DNA of 61,215 nt, from assembly GCA_050331235.1 (NCBI GenBank), contig JBHJHA010000064.1, positions 1-61,215 of the forward strand. The letters run 5' to 3'. The stretch is from Leptolyngbyaceae cyanobacterium (lineage in GTDB: Bacteria > Cyanobacteriota > Cyanobacteriia > Phormidesmidales > Phormidesmidaceae). The notes beneath the pieces are model-generated. The model had not been told where the DNA came from, searched no databases, and saw only the letters and a list, made by a program, of their open reading frames with translations. Below, one piece after another: positions 30,803 to 41,576 of this stretch; position 1 is the first letter of the stretch, and each line of letters starts with the position of its first letter. A program made the translations under genes and the position numbers.

Positions 30803-31297
30803 TCAGGAAGCGATCAGCCATACCGTGCTGACCGAATGCCCCAAAGCCAACCCCATCACCACTCCAGCAACGCCCAAGCTCTGCTGCCCCCAACGCTGGA
30901 GGCCATTGTGATTTCGTCGCCACATGTCGCCATAGCTGCTCAGCAAGTACAGGATGGCGATCGCCATCCCCCAAAGCGTCATTAGGCTAAGTGCCCAGTA
31001 GCGATAATGCAGGTTTTGGGGCCAAATCTTGGGAAATAAATCAAAGGCAATCAGCGCCGTCATCAAAAGCGTTACCCACAAACTGGCGAGCAACAGGCCC
31101 CCGCGCCCCACCCATAGCAAATACACCATTACGCTCCCCGTCATTCCCCAGACCCAAGGAGCCGCTGTAAATAGACTCAGGACCGAACCTAAAAACGCCA
31201 CTGGGGGGATCAGACTCAAGAGTTGGAAGATGCTCAATAGAGGATATGGCATAGATGGCACAGGGCAGATGCAGGTAGGTAAGCGGTGAGGACTCAC
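30803..31297 (-). CDS. Hypothetical multi-TM membrane protein
   Basis: Several hydrophobic segments; start uncertain. Confidence 0.55.
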   Translation of the reverse strand: MSPHRLPTCICPVPSMPYPLLSIFQLLSLIPPVAFLGSVLSLFTAAPWVWGMTGSVMVYLLWVGRGGLLLASLWVTLLMTALIAFDLFPKIWPQNLHYRYWALSLMTLWGMAIAILYLLSSYGDMWRRNHNGLQRWGQQSLGVAGVVMGLALGHSVSTVWLIAS

Positions 31298-31508
31298 CTA
31301 TCATGCCCACTTCAGCGCCAATTGCTGGAATCGTTATCCGCGCAATCAAACACTGTCGCTGTTGCATCTAGATTCGTCCCGCTCCTTGAACTGCCAGCCT
31401 CTCAAGCGACCAAGAGAAACGGCTGCTTCCGGTGCGCATCGTCCCTGATTGCCATTACCCTTTAGGATAAGCAGGTATACAGACTGTCGTTCTTCTAGCT
31501 AGCACCCG

Positions 31509-32504
31509 ATGGATATCAAACAAGGTTTTGTCAGCACAGTAGGTAATACTCCCCTGATTCGACTCAACAGTTTCAGTGAAGAGACGGGCTGCGAAATTTT
31601 GGGCAAGGCTGAGTTTCTCAATCCGGGTGGCTCAGTCAAAGATCGGGCTGCGTTGTTCATCATCCAAGATGCAGAAGAAAAAGGGTTTTTGCGGCCAGGA
31701 GGGACCGTGGTCGAAGGCACCGCAGGGAATACCGGCATCGGCTTAGCCCATATTTGTAACGCCAAGGGCTACAAGTGCCTAATCATCATTCCAGAGACCC
31801 AGTCCCAAGAAAAAATGGACATGCTACGGACGCTGGGGGCCGAGGTGCGTCCAGTTCCCGCAGTGCCTTACAAGGACCCCAACAATTACGTCAAGCTATC
31901 GGCCCGGATCGCCGAGGAAACTCCAAACGCAGTATGGGCCAACCAGTTTGATAATCTAGCCAACCGCCGCGCCCATTACGAAACGACAGGCCCCGAAATC
32001 TGGGCCCAAACGGGCGGTCAGGTCGATGGCTGGGTAGCCGCCACAGGCACCGGGGGTACCTATGCAGGCACGGCTATGTTCTTTAAAGACAAGAATCCCG
32101 AGATCCGCTGCGTAGTGGCAGATCCAATGGGTAGTGGCCTGTACAGCTACGTCAAAACAGGTGAAATCAGCACCTCTGGTAACTCCATCACCGAAGGCAT
32201 TGGCAACAGTCGCATCACCGCTAACATGGCCGGAGCCCCCACCGATGACGCGATTCAAGTCGACGACCATGAGGCTCTGCAGGCTGTCTATCAACTGCTG
32301 TATAAAGATGGCCTCTTTATGGGCGGCTCCGTCGGCATCAATGTTGGCGCAGTGGTCAAGCTGGCCAAGCAAATGGGCCCCGGCCATACGATTGTCACCG
32401 TGCTGTGCGACAGCGGCGCTCGGTATCAGTCGCGACTGTTCAACCCCGAATGGCTCAAACAAAAAGACCTCTGGTCTGACAGCCTACAGCCAGAAAACTT
32501 CTAG
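31509..32504 (+). CDS. cysK: Cysteine synthase A family PLP enzyme
   Basis: VGNTPLIRL, KAEFLNPGGSVKDR, TAGNTGIG, GTGGT. Confidence 0.92.
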   Translation: MDIKQGFVSTVGNTPLIRLNSFSEETGCEILGKAEFLNPGGSVKDRAALFIIQDAEEKGFLRPGGTVVEGTAGNTGIGLAHICNAKGYKCLIIIPETQSQEKMDMLRTLGAEVRPVPAVPYKDPNNYVKLSARIAEETPNAVWANQFDNLANRRAHYETTGPEIWAQTGGQVDGWVAATGTGGTYAGTAMFFKDKNPEIRCVVADPMGSGLYSYVKTGEISTSGNSITEGIGNSRITANMAGAPTDDAIQVDDHEALQAVYQLLYKDGLFMGGSVGINVGAVVKLAKQMGPGHTIVTVLCDSGARYQSRLFNPEWLKQKDLWSDSLQPENF

Positions 32505-33562
32505 CGTTGGTGCTGGGTCAACTGGCTCAGCTCGCTGGGGGCGATCGCCCCGTGTTCGGTGACAATGGCCGTGATTAAGTCAGCCGGGGTCATGTCAGCC
32601 AGCGGGTTGTAGCCTTCCACATCAGCAGGACAGGTTTGGGTATCCCCCAAGTTGCAAATATCCCCTGACTGCCCCTGGGGAATTTCGATGTTCTCCCCCG
32701 TTGGTAGCGCAAAATCAACTGTTGAGAGGGGCGCAGCGACTAAAAAGGGAATATTGTGGGCTTTGGCCGCTAGCGCTAGGGCATAGGTGCCGATCTTGTT
32801 CACAGTGTCGCCATTGGCGGCGATGCGATCGGCCCCGACCAGCACCGCATCCACCAGGCCCCGTTTCATGCAGTGGGCGGCCATACTATCTGTCACCACT
32901 GTTACAGGAATGTTTTCTTGTACGCATTCCCAGGCGGTCAGACGCGATCCCTGGAGCCAAGGGCGAGTTTCGCCCGCCATCACTTTTGCTAGACGACCCT
33001 CCCGCCACACGGTTCGGACAATACCCAGGGAGGTGCCAAAGCCTGAAGTTGCTAGCGCGCCATGGTTGCAGTGGGTGTAGAGGGTGAGTTTTTCTGGCGA
33101 TGCGGGCAAAGCAGCGAGACCATGGTTGCCGATCGCCAGGCAAATTTTCCAGTCGTCCGCTTGAATTTTTTGGGCAGCAGCGAGCAGTTCTGCTTTAATC
33201 TCATTCACTGGGCTGGTGCTCTGTTGCACCTGTTTGACCAAATAGTCCACTGACCACAGCAGGTTAGCTTTGTCTGGACGAGCCGATTTCAACTGTTCAG
33301 CAACCGCTTCTAAACGTTCCATGAACGCCTCATGGTCATCCGTTTGAATATTCTTGGCTCCCAAATACAAACCATAAGCAGCGGCCATGCCTAGAGCTGG
33401 GCCACCCCTCACGATCCGGGACGAAATGGCGGTGAGGATGTCTTCGCACCGGTTGATGGAAACGATGGCATATTCCTTAGGCAACTTACGTTGGTCAATT
33501 AAGAGTACATGCTCGTTTTGCCAAAGCACCGGATAGACATGGGTTTCTAATGTTTCAGCCAT
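32501..33562 (-). CDS. mtnA: S-methyl-5-thioribose-1-phosphate isomerase (eIF2B-like family)
   Basis: IDQRKLP, THCNHGALAT, ETRPWLQGSRLTAWE, VGADRIAANGDTVNKIGTY. Confidence 0.85.
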   Translation of the reverse strand: MAETLETHVYPVLWQNEHVLLIDQRKLPKEYAIVSINRCEDILTAISSRIVRGGPALGMAAAYGLYLGAKNIQTDDHEAFMERLEAVAEQLKSARPDKANLLWSVDYLVKQVQQSTSPVNEIKAELLAAAQKIQADDWKICLAIGNHGLAALPASPEKLTLYTHCNHGALATSGFGTSLGIVRTVWREGRLAKVMAGETRPWLQGSRLTAWECVQENIPVTVVTDSMAAHCMKRGLVDAVLVGADRIAANGDTVNKIGTYALALAAKAHNIPFLVAAPLSTVDFALPTGENIEIPQGQSGDICNLGDTQTCPADVEGYNPLADMTPADLITAIVTEHGAIAPSELSQLTQHQR

Positions 33563-33724
33563 AGGAGTTTGAATATTGATAAGTGACAGGGTCAAGGGCC
33601 TTGGACGATTGCCATCCACCAAGCTATGGAGTCATGGGCTTTAGCGATCGCCCAAAACCACCCCGATTCTAATGGAATTTGATGATGCCACCTAGATTTC
33701 AGCAGATAGTTTCGGGCGATACCG

Positions 33725-35872
33725 CTAAGCTGATTGCTCCCGGGCATGTCTGAGCATGACCAACGATCGACGGGCCACCACAATGGCATCGCCAACAACA
33801 TCCTGGGGAGGCTCGACAAAGCCCTCAGCCGTTTTAGTATCGAGGACCAATTGCCAAGGGCGATCGCCCAGCGCCGGCGGCATCACAAAGGTTTGCGATT
33901 CCCCCTGGGCATTGAACAGAATCAGAAAACTGTCATCAAAAATTCGATTACCTTGACGGTCCGGGCTATAGATCTCTTCCCCGTTTAAAAATACGCCAAT
34001 CGCTTTGGCTTCCGCTTCTTGCCAATCGGTATCGCTGACTTCTGTACCGTCAGTGTTATACCAGCCAATATCATCAACCTCCGAGCCGTGGATGGCCCGC
34101 CCCTGGAACCAAGCCCGCCGCTGAAAGACCAGATGCGCTTGACGAAAGGCAATCAGTTGCTGGGTATATTGCAGAAGGTCTTTTTGCTCCGGCTGCAAAT
34201 TCCAATCGAGCCACGAGAGCTCATTATCTTGGCAATAGGTATTGTTGTTGCCCTGCTGCGATCGTCCAAACTCATCTCCCCCCAGCAGCATTGGCACTCC
34301 TTGAGAGAGCAGCAGTGTGGCCAAAAAGTTGCGTTGCTGTCGGGCGCGAATTTGCAAGACTATCGGATCATCAGTGTTCCCTTCCTCGCCGCAGTTCCAA
34401 GAGCGGTTATGGTTTTCGCCGTCGCGGTTATCCTCGCCATTGGCCTCGTTGTGCTTTTCGTTGTAGCTCACCAAGTCGCGCAGGGTAAACCCGTCGTGGC
34501 AAGTGATGAAATTAACGCTGGCGTGGGGACGCTTACCATTCGATTCGTATAGATCAGAGCTCCCCGTCAGGCGAAACGCAAACTCCCCGAGGCGGCAGTG
34601 CACCCGTCGCCAAAAGTCGCGCATGGAATCGCGATATTTGCCATTCCACTCTGACCAGAGCAGCGGAAAGTTGCCCACCTGATAGCCGCCCTCGCCAATG
34701 TCCCAGGGTTCAGCAATCAGCTTAGTGTTTGACAGCACCGGATCTTGATGAATAATGTCAAAAAAGGCGGCCAAACTGTTCACTTCGTAGAGTTCGCGGG
34801 CCAGTGCCGAGGCCAAATCAAAGCGAAAGCCATCAACGTGCATTTCCTCGACCCAATATCGCAAGCTGTCCATAATCAGCTTGAGCACTTGAGGATGGCT
34901 AACATTTAAAGAGTTGCCGCAGCCAGTAAAGTCCATGTAATAGCGGGGAAGATCCTCGACTAAGCGGTAGTAGGCTTGATTGTCGATGCCGCGATAAGAC
35001 AGCGTGGGACCATAGTGGTTGCCTTCGCCGGTGTGGTTGTAGACCACATCCAGAATTACTTCGATACCTTCGCGGTGGAGCGCCTTGACCATCTCTTTGA
35101 ACTCACGCACCTGCTCACCGCAGCGACCGTTCGCGCCATATTCAGAATAGGGGGCAAAATAGCCGAGGGAATCGTAGCCCCAGTAGTTGCGGAGCCCAGC
35201 ACTGACTAAATGCCCTTGGTTGGCAAAGAAGTGATGCACTGGCAGGAGCTCGATCGCGGTAACGCCCAACTGTTTGAGATATGCCACCATGGCTGGGTGC
35301 CCGACTCCGGCATAGGTGCCCTGCAACGCTTCGGGCACATCGGGATGGAGCTTAGTTAATCCCTTGACATGGGCCTCATAGATGATCGTCTCGTGCCAGG
35401 GAGTTGCCGGCAGGCGATCGCCTTCCCAATCAAAGGTGGTATCGACAACAACGCAGAACGGCATCATTTCGCGATCGTCTTCAATCGAGATCTCCAAATC
35501 TCGATCTTCGTTGTCGACGTCGCCGACAGGATAGCTAAAGATGGCCTCGCCATGCTGGACATCGCCCGCGATCGCCTTGGCATAGGGGTCAAGCAGCAAT
35601 TTATTACGGTTAAACCGCTGCCCCTCCTCGGGATCGTAGGGACCTTCCACGCGGTAGGCATAGCGCTGCCCCGGACCGACATCTGGCAGGTAGCCGTGCC
35701 AAACATAGTTACTCAGCTCTGGCAGCGGGATTTGAGTTTCTCGCCCTTGTTCATCAAATAGGCAGAGAATTACAGCAATCGCATTTTCAGAAAAAAGCGC
35801 AAAGTTGGTTCCCTTACCGTCCCAGGTTGCCCCTAGGGGATGCGGATCGCCGGGCCAAATGGAATGGGTCAT
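33725..35872 (-). CDS. glgX: Glycogen debranching enzyme (isoamylase)
   Basis: PLGATWDGKGTNFALFS, DVVYNHT, DGFRFDLA, NFITCHDGFTL. Confidence 0.95.
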   Translation of the reverse strand: MTHSIWPGDPHPLGATWDGKGTNFALFSENAIAVILCLFDEQGRETQIPLPELSNYVWHGYLPDVGPGQRYAYRVEGPYDPEEGQRFNRNKLLLDPYAKAIAGDVQHGEAIFSYPVGDVDNEDRDLEISIEDDREMMPFCVVVDTTFDWEGDRLPATPWHETIIYEAHVKGLTKLHPDVPEALQGTYAGVGHPAMVAYLKQLGVTAIELLPVHHFFANQGHLVSAGLRNYWGYDSLGYFAPYSEYGANGRCGEQVREFKEMVKALHREGIEVILDVVYNHTGEGNHYGPTLSYRGIDNQAYYRLVEDLPRYYMDFTGCGNSLNVSHPQVLKLIMDSLRYWVEEMHVDGFRFDLASALARELYEVNSLAAFFDIIHQDPVLSNTKLIAEPWDIGEGGYQVGNFPLLWSEWNGKYRDSMRDFWRRVHCRLGEFAFRLTGSSDLYESNGKRPHASVNFITCHDGFTLRDLVSYNEKHNEANGEDNRDGENHNRSWNCGEEGNTDDPIVLQIRARQQRNFLATLLLSQGVPMLLGGDEFGRSQQGNNNTYCQDNELSWLDWNLQPEQKDLLQYTQQLIAFRQAHLVFQRRAWFQGRAIHGSEVDDIGWYNTDGTEVSDTDWQEAEAKAIGVFLNGEEIYSPDRQGNRIFDDSFLILFNAQGESQTFVMPPALGDRPWQLVLDTKTAEGFVEPPQDVVGDAIVVARRSLVMLRHAREQSA

Positions 35873-36215
35873 AGGTGCAAGGGGAAGTTGTGGCAAGCAT
35901 AAATGCCCTGATTGTAACGGGTTGTGTCGAATCAGAGTATGAGCATTTGAGTAAATCCCCTAGCTGGCCACACTCGGAGGGGCCCGTATCCAACACTAAC
36001 CAACGAGAAGACTGGATTTCAGATTCGCTCGGGTTGCCACCAAGAGAGGTCCACGGCATAAGGGGACAACCTCCTCTTTTAGCCCAGTCCTGAGTAGAGA
36101 GGCAAACACCCGATTTCCGTTAGCCCACAACATTGAGTGATGATTTCCCCCCTACGTCGGAGTTCTCCGGATCAATCCCCCAGCACATTGGAAGGGACCA
36201 AGTTTTTTGAGACTA

Positions 36216-36542
36216 ATGGCTCATCATCCGACCACCCCAGATGGACGATATTTTGTTGTCAAAGGACGGTTGTGGCGCTGTACAAATCCTGAGTTAGAAG
36301 AATCAACGCGACAACATTGGGTCAATCAGCTCATGGAGGCCCGCCGCCAAGTAAAGCAAGCTAAGGAAACTGACGATATCGACGCCCTCAAAGCCGCGCG
36401 ATCGCAAGTCCACCAAGCTAAAGTTGCCCTCGGAGAGCGGGGCCCAGTATGGTGGCATGACGGCAGCCCTGATTACAATCGCCACTTAGCCCAAAATACC
36501 TCCTATGCCGACTGGTACACCGCGATCGCTCGGGATGGGTAA
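36216..36542 (+). CDS. Conserved hypothetical protein
   Basis: TPDGRYFVVKGRLWR...AKVALGERGPVWW...YADW. Confidence 0.75.
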   Translation: MAHHPTTPDGRYFVVKGRLWRCTNPELEESTRQHWVNQLMEARRQVKQAKETDDIDALKAARSQVHQAKVALGERGPVWWHDGSPDYNRHLAQNTSYADWYTAIARDG

Positions 36543-36631
36543 TCGCGAGTGAGTTGTACGGCCCAATACGCAAAACAGCTCTATATGATGGCATCATCCA
36601 GTTGAACTGGTTGATGACTAAGGGGGAAGAG

Positions 36632-37000
36632 ATGAGCTTACTCGGCAATATTATTTGGTTAATCTTTGGTGGATTTTTGAGCGGTGTAGGCTATATCCTC
36701 GGTGGCATCAGCACTTGCCTGACCATCATCGGTATTCCCTTTGGCATCGCGACCATTCAGCTCGGGTTGGCCTCATTCACCCCCTTTGGCCGCACCATCA
36801 AAAAAGGACCTGAGGCTGATTCAACCCTGGTCTTGATTTTGAACCTGGTGTGGATTTTCATCTTTGGCTGGGCGATCGCCCTTAACCATCTGCTGTGGGG
36901 CATTCTGCTCGCCATCACCATCATTGGTCTGCCCTTTGCCAAGCAGCATTTCAAGCTGATGACGCTGGCGCTGTTTCCTTTTGGCCGTACCTTTGAGTAA
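36632..37000 (+). CDS. YccF domain inner-membrane protein
   Basis: Duplicated N(I/L)xW...TIIGxPF...PFGR repeat. Confidence 0.9.
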   Translation: MSLLGNIIWLIFGGFLSGVGYILGGISTCLTIIGIPFGIATIQLGLASFTPFGRTIKKGPEADSTLVLILNLVWIFIFGWAIALNHLLWGILLAITIIGLPFAKQHFKLMTLALFPFGRTFE

Positions 37001-37026
37001 CTTTCTGCGATGGATGCTGTTGCCGA

Positions 37027-37605
37027 TTAGAGAGACTGCAAAAAATCTTGCCACTCATCCAAGGTCGAGCTGGACTCTAGCTGCGGCACGACGCTGCCAT
37101 TGATGAAAAATGTTGGGGTAGACCAAACCCCGCGGCTAATCGAGTGGCGAACTGATACTTTAGCTCGGCTGGCGAGTTCACTCCCTTCATCCGCAATCTC
37201 CTGCAGGATGGCATCTGGCACTGCCGTCGCGTCAAATTCGCCAAGGCATTGACGAATCCAGGTCAACAGGTCTTGGCGGGTCTTATCGTCAAAGGCTGCC
37301 CCGTGATATTCCTCTTGCCGCTTGAATAAGTAACTGATAAATTTCCAGGCGGTAGACGCATCATCACCAGCAATCGCGGTAACCGCCTTGGTCAAATCCC
37401 AACTTTGGCGATGGTCGCAGAGCACCATTGGGTGTGTGGTAATCGCGAGGCGATCGTTCGGTTCCTGGTTAGTCAAAGCAAGCATTGTCGGCCACGCCTT
37501 CTTAGAAAACGGACATTCCAAATCGATGAATGCGTCAATTTGAATTTGGGCCTCACCAGACCCCAAACGATAACCACTTGGACGAGTCGGAACCGGGATA
37601 GACAT
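37027..37605 (-). CDS. DsbA/thioredoxin-fold protein (CxxS variant)
   Basis: FIDLECPFS and GVWSTPTFFING. Confidence 0.8.
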   Translation of the reverse strand: MSIPVPTRPSGYRLGSGEAQIQIDAFIDLECPFSKKAWPTMLALTNQEPNDRLAITTHPMVLCDHRQSWDLTKAVTAIAGDDASTAWKFISYLFKRQEEYHGAAFDDKTRQDLLTWIRQCLGEFDATAVPDAILQEIADEGSELASRAKVSVRHSISRGVWSTPTFFINGSVVPQLESSSTLDEWQDFLQSL

Positions 37606-37695
37606 AACAACTGGCCTTGCAAACCTCAGCTAGACCCTAGCGAGCTTTTGTCCCTAAGGAACCTTGCTACAGACAGAGGTTGGGAAGGCCACCTC

Positions 37696-37725
37696 ACGCC
37701 CTGCAACGCCCTGCAACGCCCTGCC
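37696..37725. repeat. 10-bp tandem repeat x3
   Basis: acgccctgca acgccctgca acgccctgcc. Confidence 0.85.
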
Positions 37726-37826
37726 ACAGATTTGCAGCACTCGACCGGTTGCTTTATTGGGGCTTGCTGCAACAGGCTAGCGATCGCTGTAATAGCGGTA
37801 TCGCTCACAAATTGAGACCAACAGCT

Positions 37827-38024
37827 ATGTTAGAAACCACTGCTTTTACCCCCCAACCAGTCCACCACCAGCGTCGCCTCCGGACCATTGTCAAACGCCT
37901 CGTGATCGAACTGTGGTATCTCGAACACTGCCTCGATAATGGCTTACGAGATCCCCAAGTCGAAACGGCGGCAGCCGGTATTGATACCGCCATTGATTGC
38001 CTCAATCAGCACCTGACCCAGTAG
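37827..38024 (+). CDS. Small helical hypothetical protein (65 aa)
   Basis: MLETTAF...RLRTIVKRLVIELWYLEHCL...AIDCLNQHL. Confidence 0.6.
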   Translation: MLETTAFTPQPVHHQRRLRTIVKRLVIELWYLEHCLDNGLRDPQVETAAAGIDTAIDCLNQHLTQ

Positions 38025-38163
38025 CGATCGTAGCCGTGCGGCCCCAGCATCGCCCATGGAAAATCATTCCTTCTCCTGGGCTAACAACAGGGCCGCCACG
38101 CTCTGCCAGTCAACCCACTATCTCGGTATGCTAATGGCATCTTATTTTGGATGACCACCCCAT

Positions 38164-38358
38164 ATGACCCTACAGTTCAAAGTTCCTACGATGAAGTGTG
38201 ATGGCTGCGCAGAAGTCGTCACCGAAGCCATTCAGTCCGTCGACGCTGACGCCAAAGTAGACATCAACGTCGAGACCAAAGACGTCTCAGCTGAAACCTC
38301 CGCAAGCGTAGAGGCACTGCGGGCGGCGATCGCCGCCCAGGGACATACCGTGGCTTAG
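38164..38358 (+). CDS. Heavy-metal-associated (CopZ/Atx1-like) chaperone
   Basis: VPTMKCDGC MxCxxC motif, 64 aa. Confidence 0.9.
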   Translation: MTLQFKVPTMKCDGCAEVVTEAIQSVDADAKVDINVETKDVSAETSASVEALRAAIAAQGHTVA

Positions 38359-38374
38359 ACTGGGCGGGTTAAGG

Positions 38375-39283
38375 TTAATCAGCAACCACTTGCTGTTCTT
38401 CTTCCCAGTCCAGAGCAGAGCGTTTGCGGTAGGCTTGGGCCAACATGCCGTACTTAGGCGCGCCTACCATGGCTAGGGCAAATAGACCGGTGAGCAACAC
38501 GACGATGCTGCCGCCAGTGGACAAATCAAAGTGATAGCTAAAGTAGGTGCCGAGTATGCACGCGAGCACGCTGCTCGCAACGGCATAGAGCAGCATATGG
38601 TCAAAGCGATCGCTCATCAAATAGCCAATGGAGCCTGGCGTCACCAGCATTGAAATAACCAACACGATGCCCGCCGTTTGCAACGCAGCCACAATTGTCA
38701 GCGCTAATACCAGCAGCAGTGTGTAGTACATCACCTGAGTCCTCAGGCCAATGGCTTGGGCATGGTTGGGGTCAAAACAAAACAGCAGCAGGTCTTTGCG
38801 ACGTATCAAAATAATCGCGAGGGTCAGCCCGCCAGCAATCAGCGTTTGCACAATATCCCATTGGGAAATGCCCAGCACATTGCCAAAGAGAATGTGAAAC
38901 AGGTCCACATTGCTGGGGATCTTGGTCACCAGCACGAGCCCAAAGGCAAAAAAGCCGGTGAATACAATGCCAATCACGGCGTCTTCCTTGAGCCGAGTTT
39001 TGGCCTTGACAAAGCCGATCGCTACCGTGGCCCCAAAGCCAAACACAAACGCTCCGATGGAGTAGGGAATATTCAGCGCATAGGCGACGACAACCCCTGG
39101 CACCACCGCATGGGAAATCGCATCGCCCATGAGCGACCAACCCTTGAGCGTGATGTAGCATGACAACACTGCACAGACCAGTCCCACAAAGGCACTAACC
39201 CAGATAGCCCGCACCAAAAAGGCATACTGAAACGGTTCAATCAGCCAGTCCCAGACAGGCGTTACAATCGCCAGTTGGCTCAC
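38375..39283 (-). CDS. mntB: Mn/Fe/Zn ABC transporter permease
   Basis: [19 protein letters not shown] start overlaps the mntA stop. Confidence 0.9.
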   Translation of the reverse strand: MSQLAIVTPVWDWLIEPFQYAFLVRAIWVSAFVGLVCAVLSCYITLKGWSLMGDAISHAVVPGVVVAYALNIPYSIGAFVFGFGATVAIGFVKAKTRLKEDAVIGIVFTGFFAFGLVLVTKIPSNVDLFHILFGNVLGISQWDIVQTLIAGGLTLAIILIRRKDLLLFCFDPNHAQAIGLRTQVMYYTLLLVLALTIVAALQTAGIVLVISMLVTPGSIGYLMSDRFDHMLLYAVASSVLACILGTYFSYHFDLSTGGSIVVLLTGLFALAMVGAPKYGMLAQAYRKRSALDWEEEQQVVAD

Positions 39284-40062
39284 ACCCCGACCTCCGCTGA
39301 CGACACTAGCTGAGACCAACTGCTCAGAGGCAACCCCCCAAAGGTCATCTCTAAATTTTCTTTGGTAAAGGTCTCCGACGTCTTGCCCGCCGCCAAAATG
39401 GTGCGATTGAGCAGAATGGTGCGATCGCAAAAGGTCGAAATTGAAGCCAAATCGTGGGTAGAGATCAAAATGGTGTGGCCCTCATCCCGGAGCTGCATCA
39501 GCAAATCGATCAGCCCCTTTTCCGTTTTTACATCAACCCCGGTAAAGGGCTCATCCAGCAGAATCACCTGACTCTCTTGGGCCAGAGCTCGAGCCAAAAA
39601 CGCTCGCTTCTTTTGACCGCCCGACAGTTCGCCGATTTGGCGATCGCGAAAGCTCACCATGCCGACCCGCTCTAAACTTGCCATCACCCGACGACGATCC
39701 TTTTGGCGAGGAATGCGCAAAAGATTCATGTAGCCGTAGCGACCCATCATCACCAGGTCAAATACGCTCACCGGAAAGTTCCAGTCCACCTCATCCGACT
39801 GCGGCACATAGGCCATAAGCTGCTGCTTTTGCGCCTTGCGTACCGGCAGTCCCCCTACGCGCACCTGGCCTTGGGTCGGCTGCAAAAATCCCATGATGGA
39901 TTTAAACAGCGTTGATTTGCCCGCCCCGTTGGGCCCCACCAGCGCCGTGATCGTACCCGGCTCTACAGTGCAAGTAGCGTTGTAAAGGGCAAGTCGAGCA
40001 TTGTTGTAAGTGACGCTGACATTATCAACGGAAATATCGAGTCTGGGGAAAACAGTTGGCAT
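39280..40062 (-). CDS. mntA: Metal ABC transporter ATPase
   Basis: [35 protein letters not shown]. Confidence 0.9.
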   Translation of the reverse strand: MPTVFPRLDISVDNVSVTYNNARLALYNATCTVEPGTITALVGPNGAGKSTLFKSIMGFLQPTQGQVRVGGLPVRKAQKQQLMAYVPQSDEVDWNFPVSVFDLVMMGRYGYMNLLRIPRQKDRRRVMASLERVGMVSFRDRQIGELSGGQKKRAFLARALAQESQVILLDEPFTGVDVKTEKGLIDLLMQLRDEGHTILISTHDLASISTFCDRTILLNRTILAAGKTSETFTKENLEMTFGGLPLSSWSQLVSSAEVGV

Positions 40063-40134
40063 CGTTGAAGTTGGGTGGAAATCAGAGGAATTTGCCGGCG
40101 AGAGCTGAGCCTGTCGTTCGAACAACAGAACAAC

Positions 40135-41103
40135 TCATTCAGTATTGGGAGTCGACAGCAGGCCGTCAGCGATGGTTTGAGCATCGTATTCCAACAGCTC
40201 TAAAAAAGTCGGGACTGGCCCATCGGCAGTCGAGAGCGAATCCACATACAGATTGCCACCAAAATTTGCACCTGAGGCTTGAGCGACTTGCTTTTGCCCC
40301 TCATCGCTAACTGTGCTTTCGCAAAAGATCGTGGGCACATCGTTAGTTTTGACGCTTTCAATCACTTTTTGCACCTGCTTTGGGGTGAACTGCTGCTCTG
40401 CGTTGATGGGCCACATGTAAATTTCCTTGAGGCCATAGTCCTGCGCCAGGTAAGTAAAAGCCCCTTCGCAGCTCACTAACACACGCTGATTTTCGGGCAC
40501 TTGGGCCAAGTCCGCCGAGAGCTGAGCATCGATCGCCTTTAGTTTTTCGCTATAGGCTCCCGCATTAGCGTTGTAAGTATCGGCGTTATCGGGGTCGAGC
40601 GCGACAAATGCCTGACGGATATTTTCGACGTAGATCAGCGCATTGCGAGGCGACATCCAGGCATGGGGATTCGGCTTATCAGCGTAGGGGCCTTCAGCAA
40701 TGGGAAGCGGCTGAATCCCCTCAGTGAGCACCACAGAGGGCACCGACTCAACATTACGTAAAAACGGCTCGTACCACCGTTCCAAATTCATGCCGTTGTA
40801 CAGCAGCAGATCTGCCTCTTGCGCTTTGACAATGTCGCTTGGAGTCGGCTCATAGCCGTGAATTTCAGCCCCGATGCGGGTAATCGACTCGACCACTAGC
40901 TTGTCGCCAGCGACGTTTTGCGCCATGTCAGCCAGCACGGTAAAGGTTGTCAGCACCTTTTTGGGATTCTCGGCAGCGACCTCTGCCTCCAGAGTGGTTG
41001 TCTCTGAAGATGCCGATGGCTCAGAAACCGCACAACCGGTCAAGCAAACCACTAAACCGAGGCCCAGCAGGCCAGAAAAACTGCGAATGGGTGAAGGTGC
41101 CAT
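40135..41103 (-). CDS. mntC: Metal ABC transporter substrate-binding lipoprotein
   Basis: Lipobox LTGC; EIHGYEPTP, NPHAWMSP, CEGAF, YVDSLS. Confidence 0.92.
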   Translation of the reverse strand: MAPSPIRSFSGLLGLGLVVCLTGCAVSEPSASSETTTLEAEVAAENPKKVLTTFTVLADMAQNVAGDKLVVESITRIGAEIHGYEPTPSDIVKAQEADLLLYNGMNLERWYEPFLRNVESVPSVVLTEGIQPLPIAEGPYADKPNPHAWMSPRNALIYVENIRQAFVALDPDNADTYNANAGAYSEKLKAIDAQLSADLAQVPENQRVLVSCEGAFTYLAQDYGLKEIYMWPINAEQQFTPKQVQKVIESVKTNDVPTIFCESTVSDEGQKQVAQASGANFGGNLYVDSLSTADGPVPTFLELLEYDAQTIADGLLSTPNTE

Positions 41104-41116
41104 ACCTGTTAGACCC

Positions 41117-41153
41117 GTTTCATAATCGTTTCACATTTCATTTTTACATCATA
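41117..41153 (-). promoter_or_regulatory. Putative ManR-type direct-repeat operator upstream of mntC
   Basis: Minus strand TATGATGT-aaa-AATGAAAT overlapping TGTGAAAC-gat-TATGAAAC; two 11-bp-spaced pairs resembling (T/A)ATGA(G/A)A. Confidence 0.6.
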
Positions 41154-41357
41154 ATTCAAAAAGTATCTATAGCTACGGTGGGGTATTACCGTCCTGTGGC
41201 CAGAATTTCGTCAGGAGTCGTGAGCCACACAAAGCTATTCGTTCAAGTGCCATAATTAAAAACTTGGCCTGCGATCGCGCCCCCCCATGCCCATCGGAAT
41301 AGGGTGATAAATCTCAATATTTGGACCCGCGATCGCGGTGCTATATTTGTCCTACTT

Positions 41358-41538
41358 CTTCGGTTTCTGCGTGGATCAGCCGCAGAAAGCAAAGGGGAAA
41401 GTGCAGTGGAAATCTGCCGCTGTCCCGCAGCTGTGAGCCGAGGGGGATCGTTGATGGGAGATTTTGGTTTGAGGCGAAACAGCTTCTCACAATCTCAACG
41501 CTGACATCCTTCATCGTGTAAGTCAGAATGCCCGCCGG
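41358..41538 (+). ncRNA. Cobalamin riboswitch
   Basis: cGGT...AAAGGGGAAAGTGCAGTGGAAATCTGCCGCTGTCCCGCAGCTGTGA...TAAGTCAGAATGCCCGCC; directly upstream of hupE-DUF1636-cobW. Confidence 0.9.
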
Positions 41539-41576
41539 TGATCTATCTGTGTTGTCTATTCGTCTGCGAGGTACGG

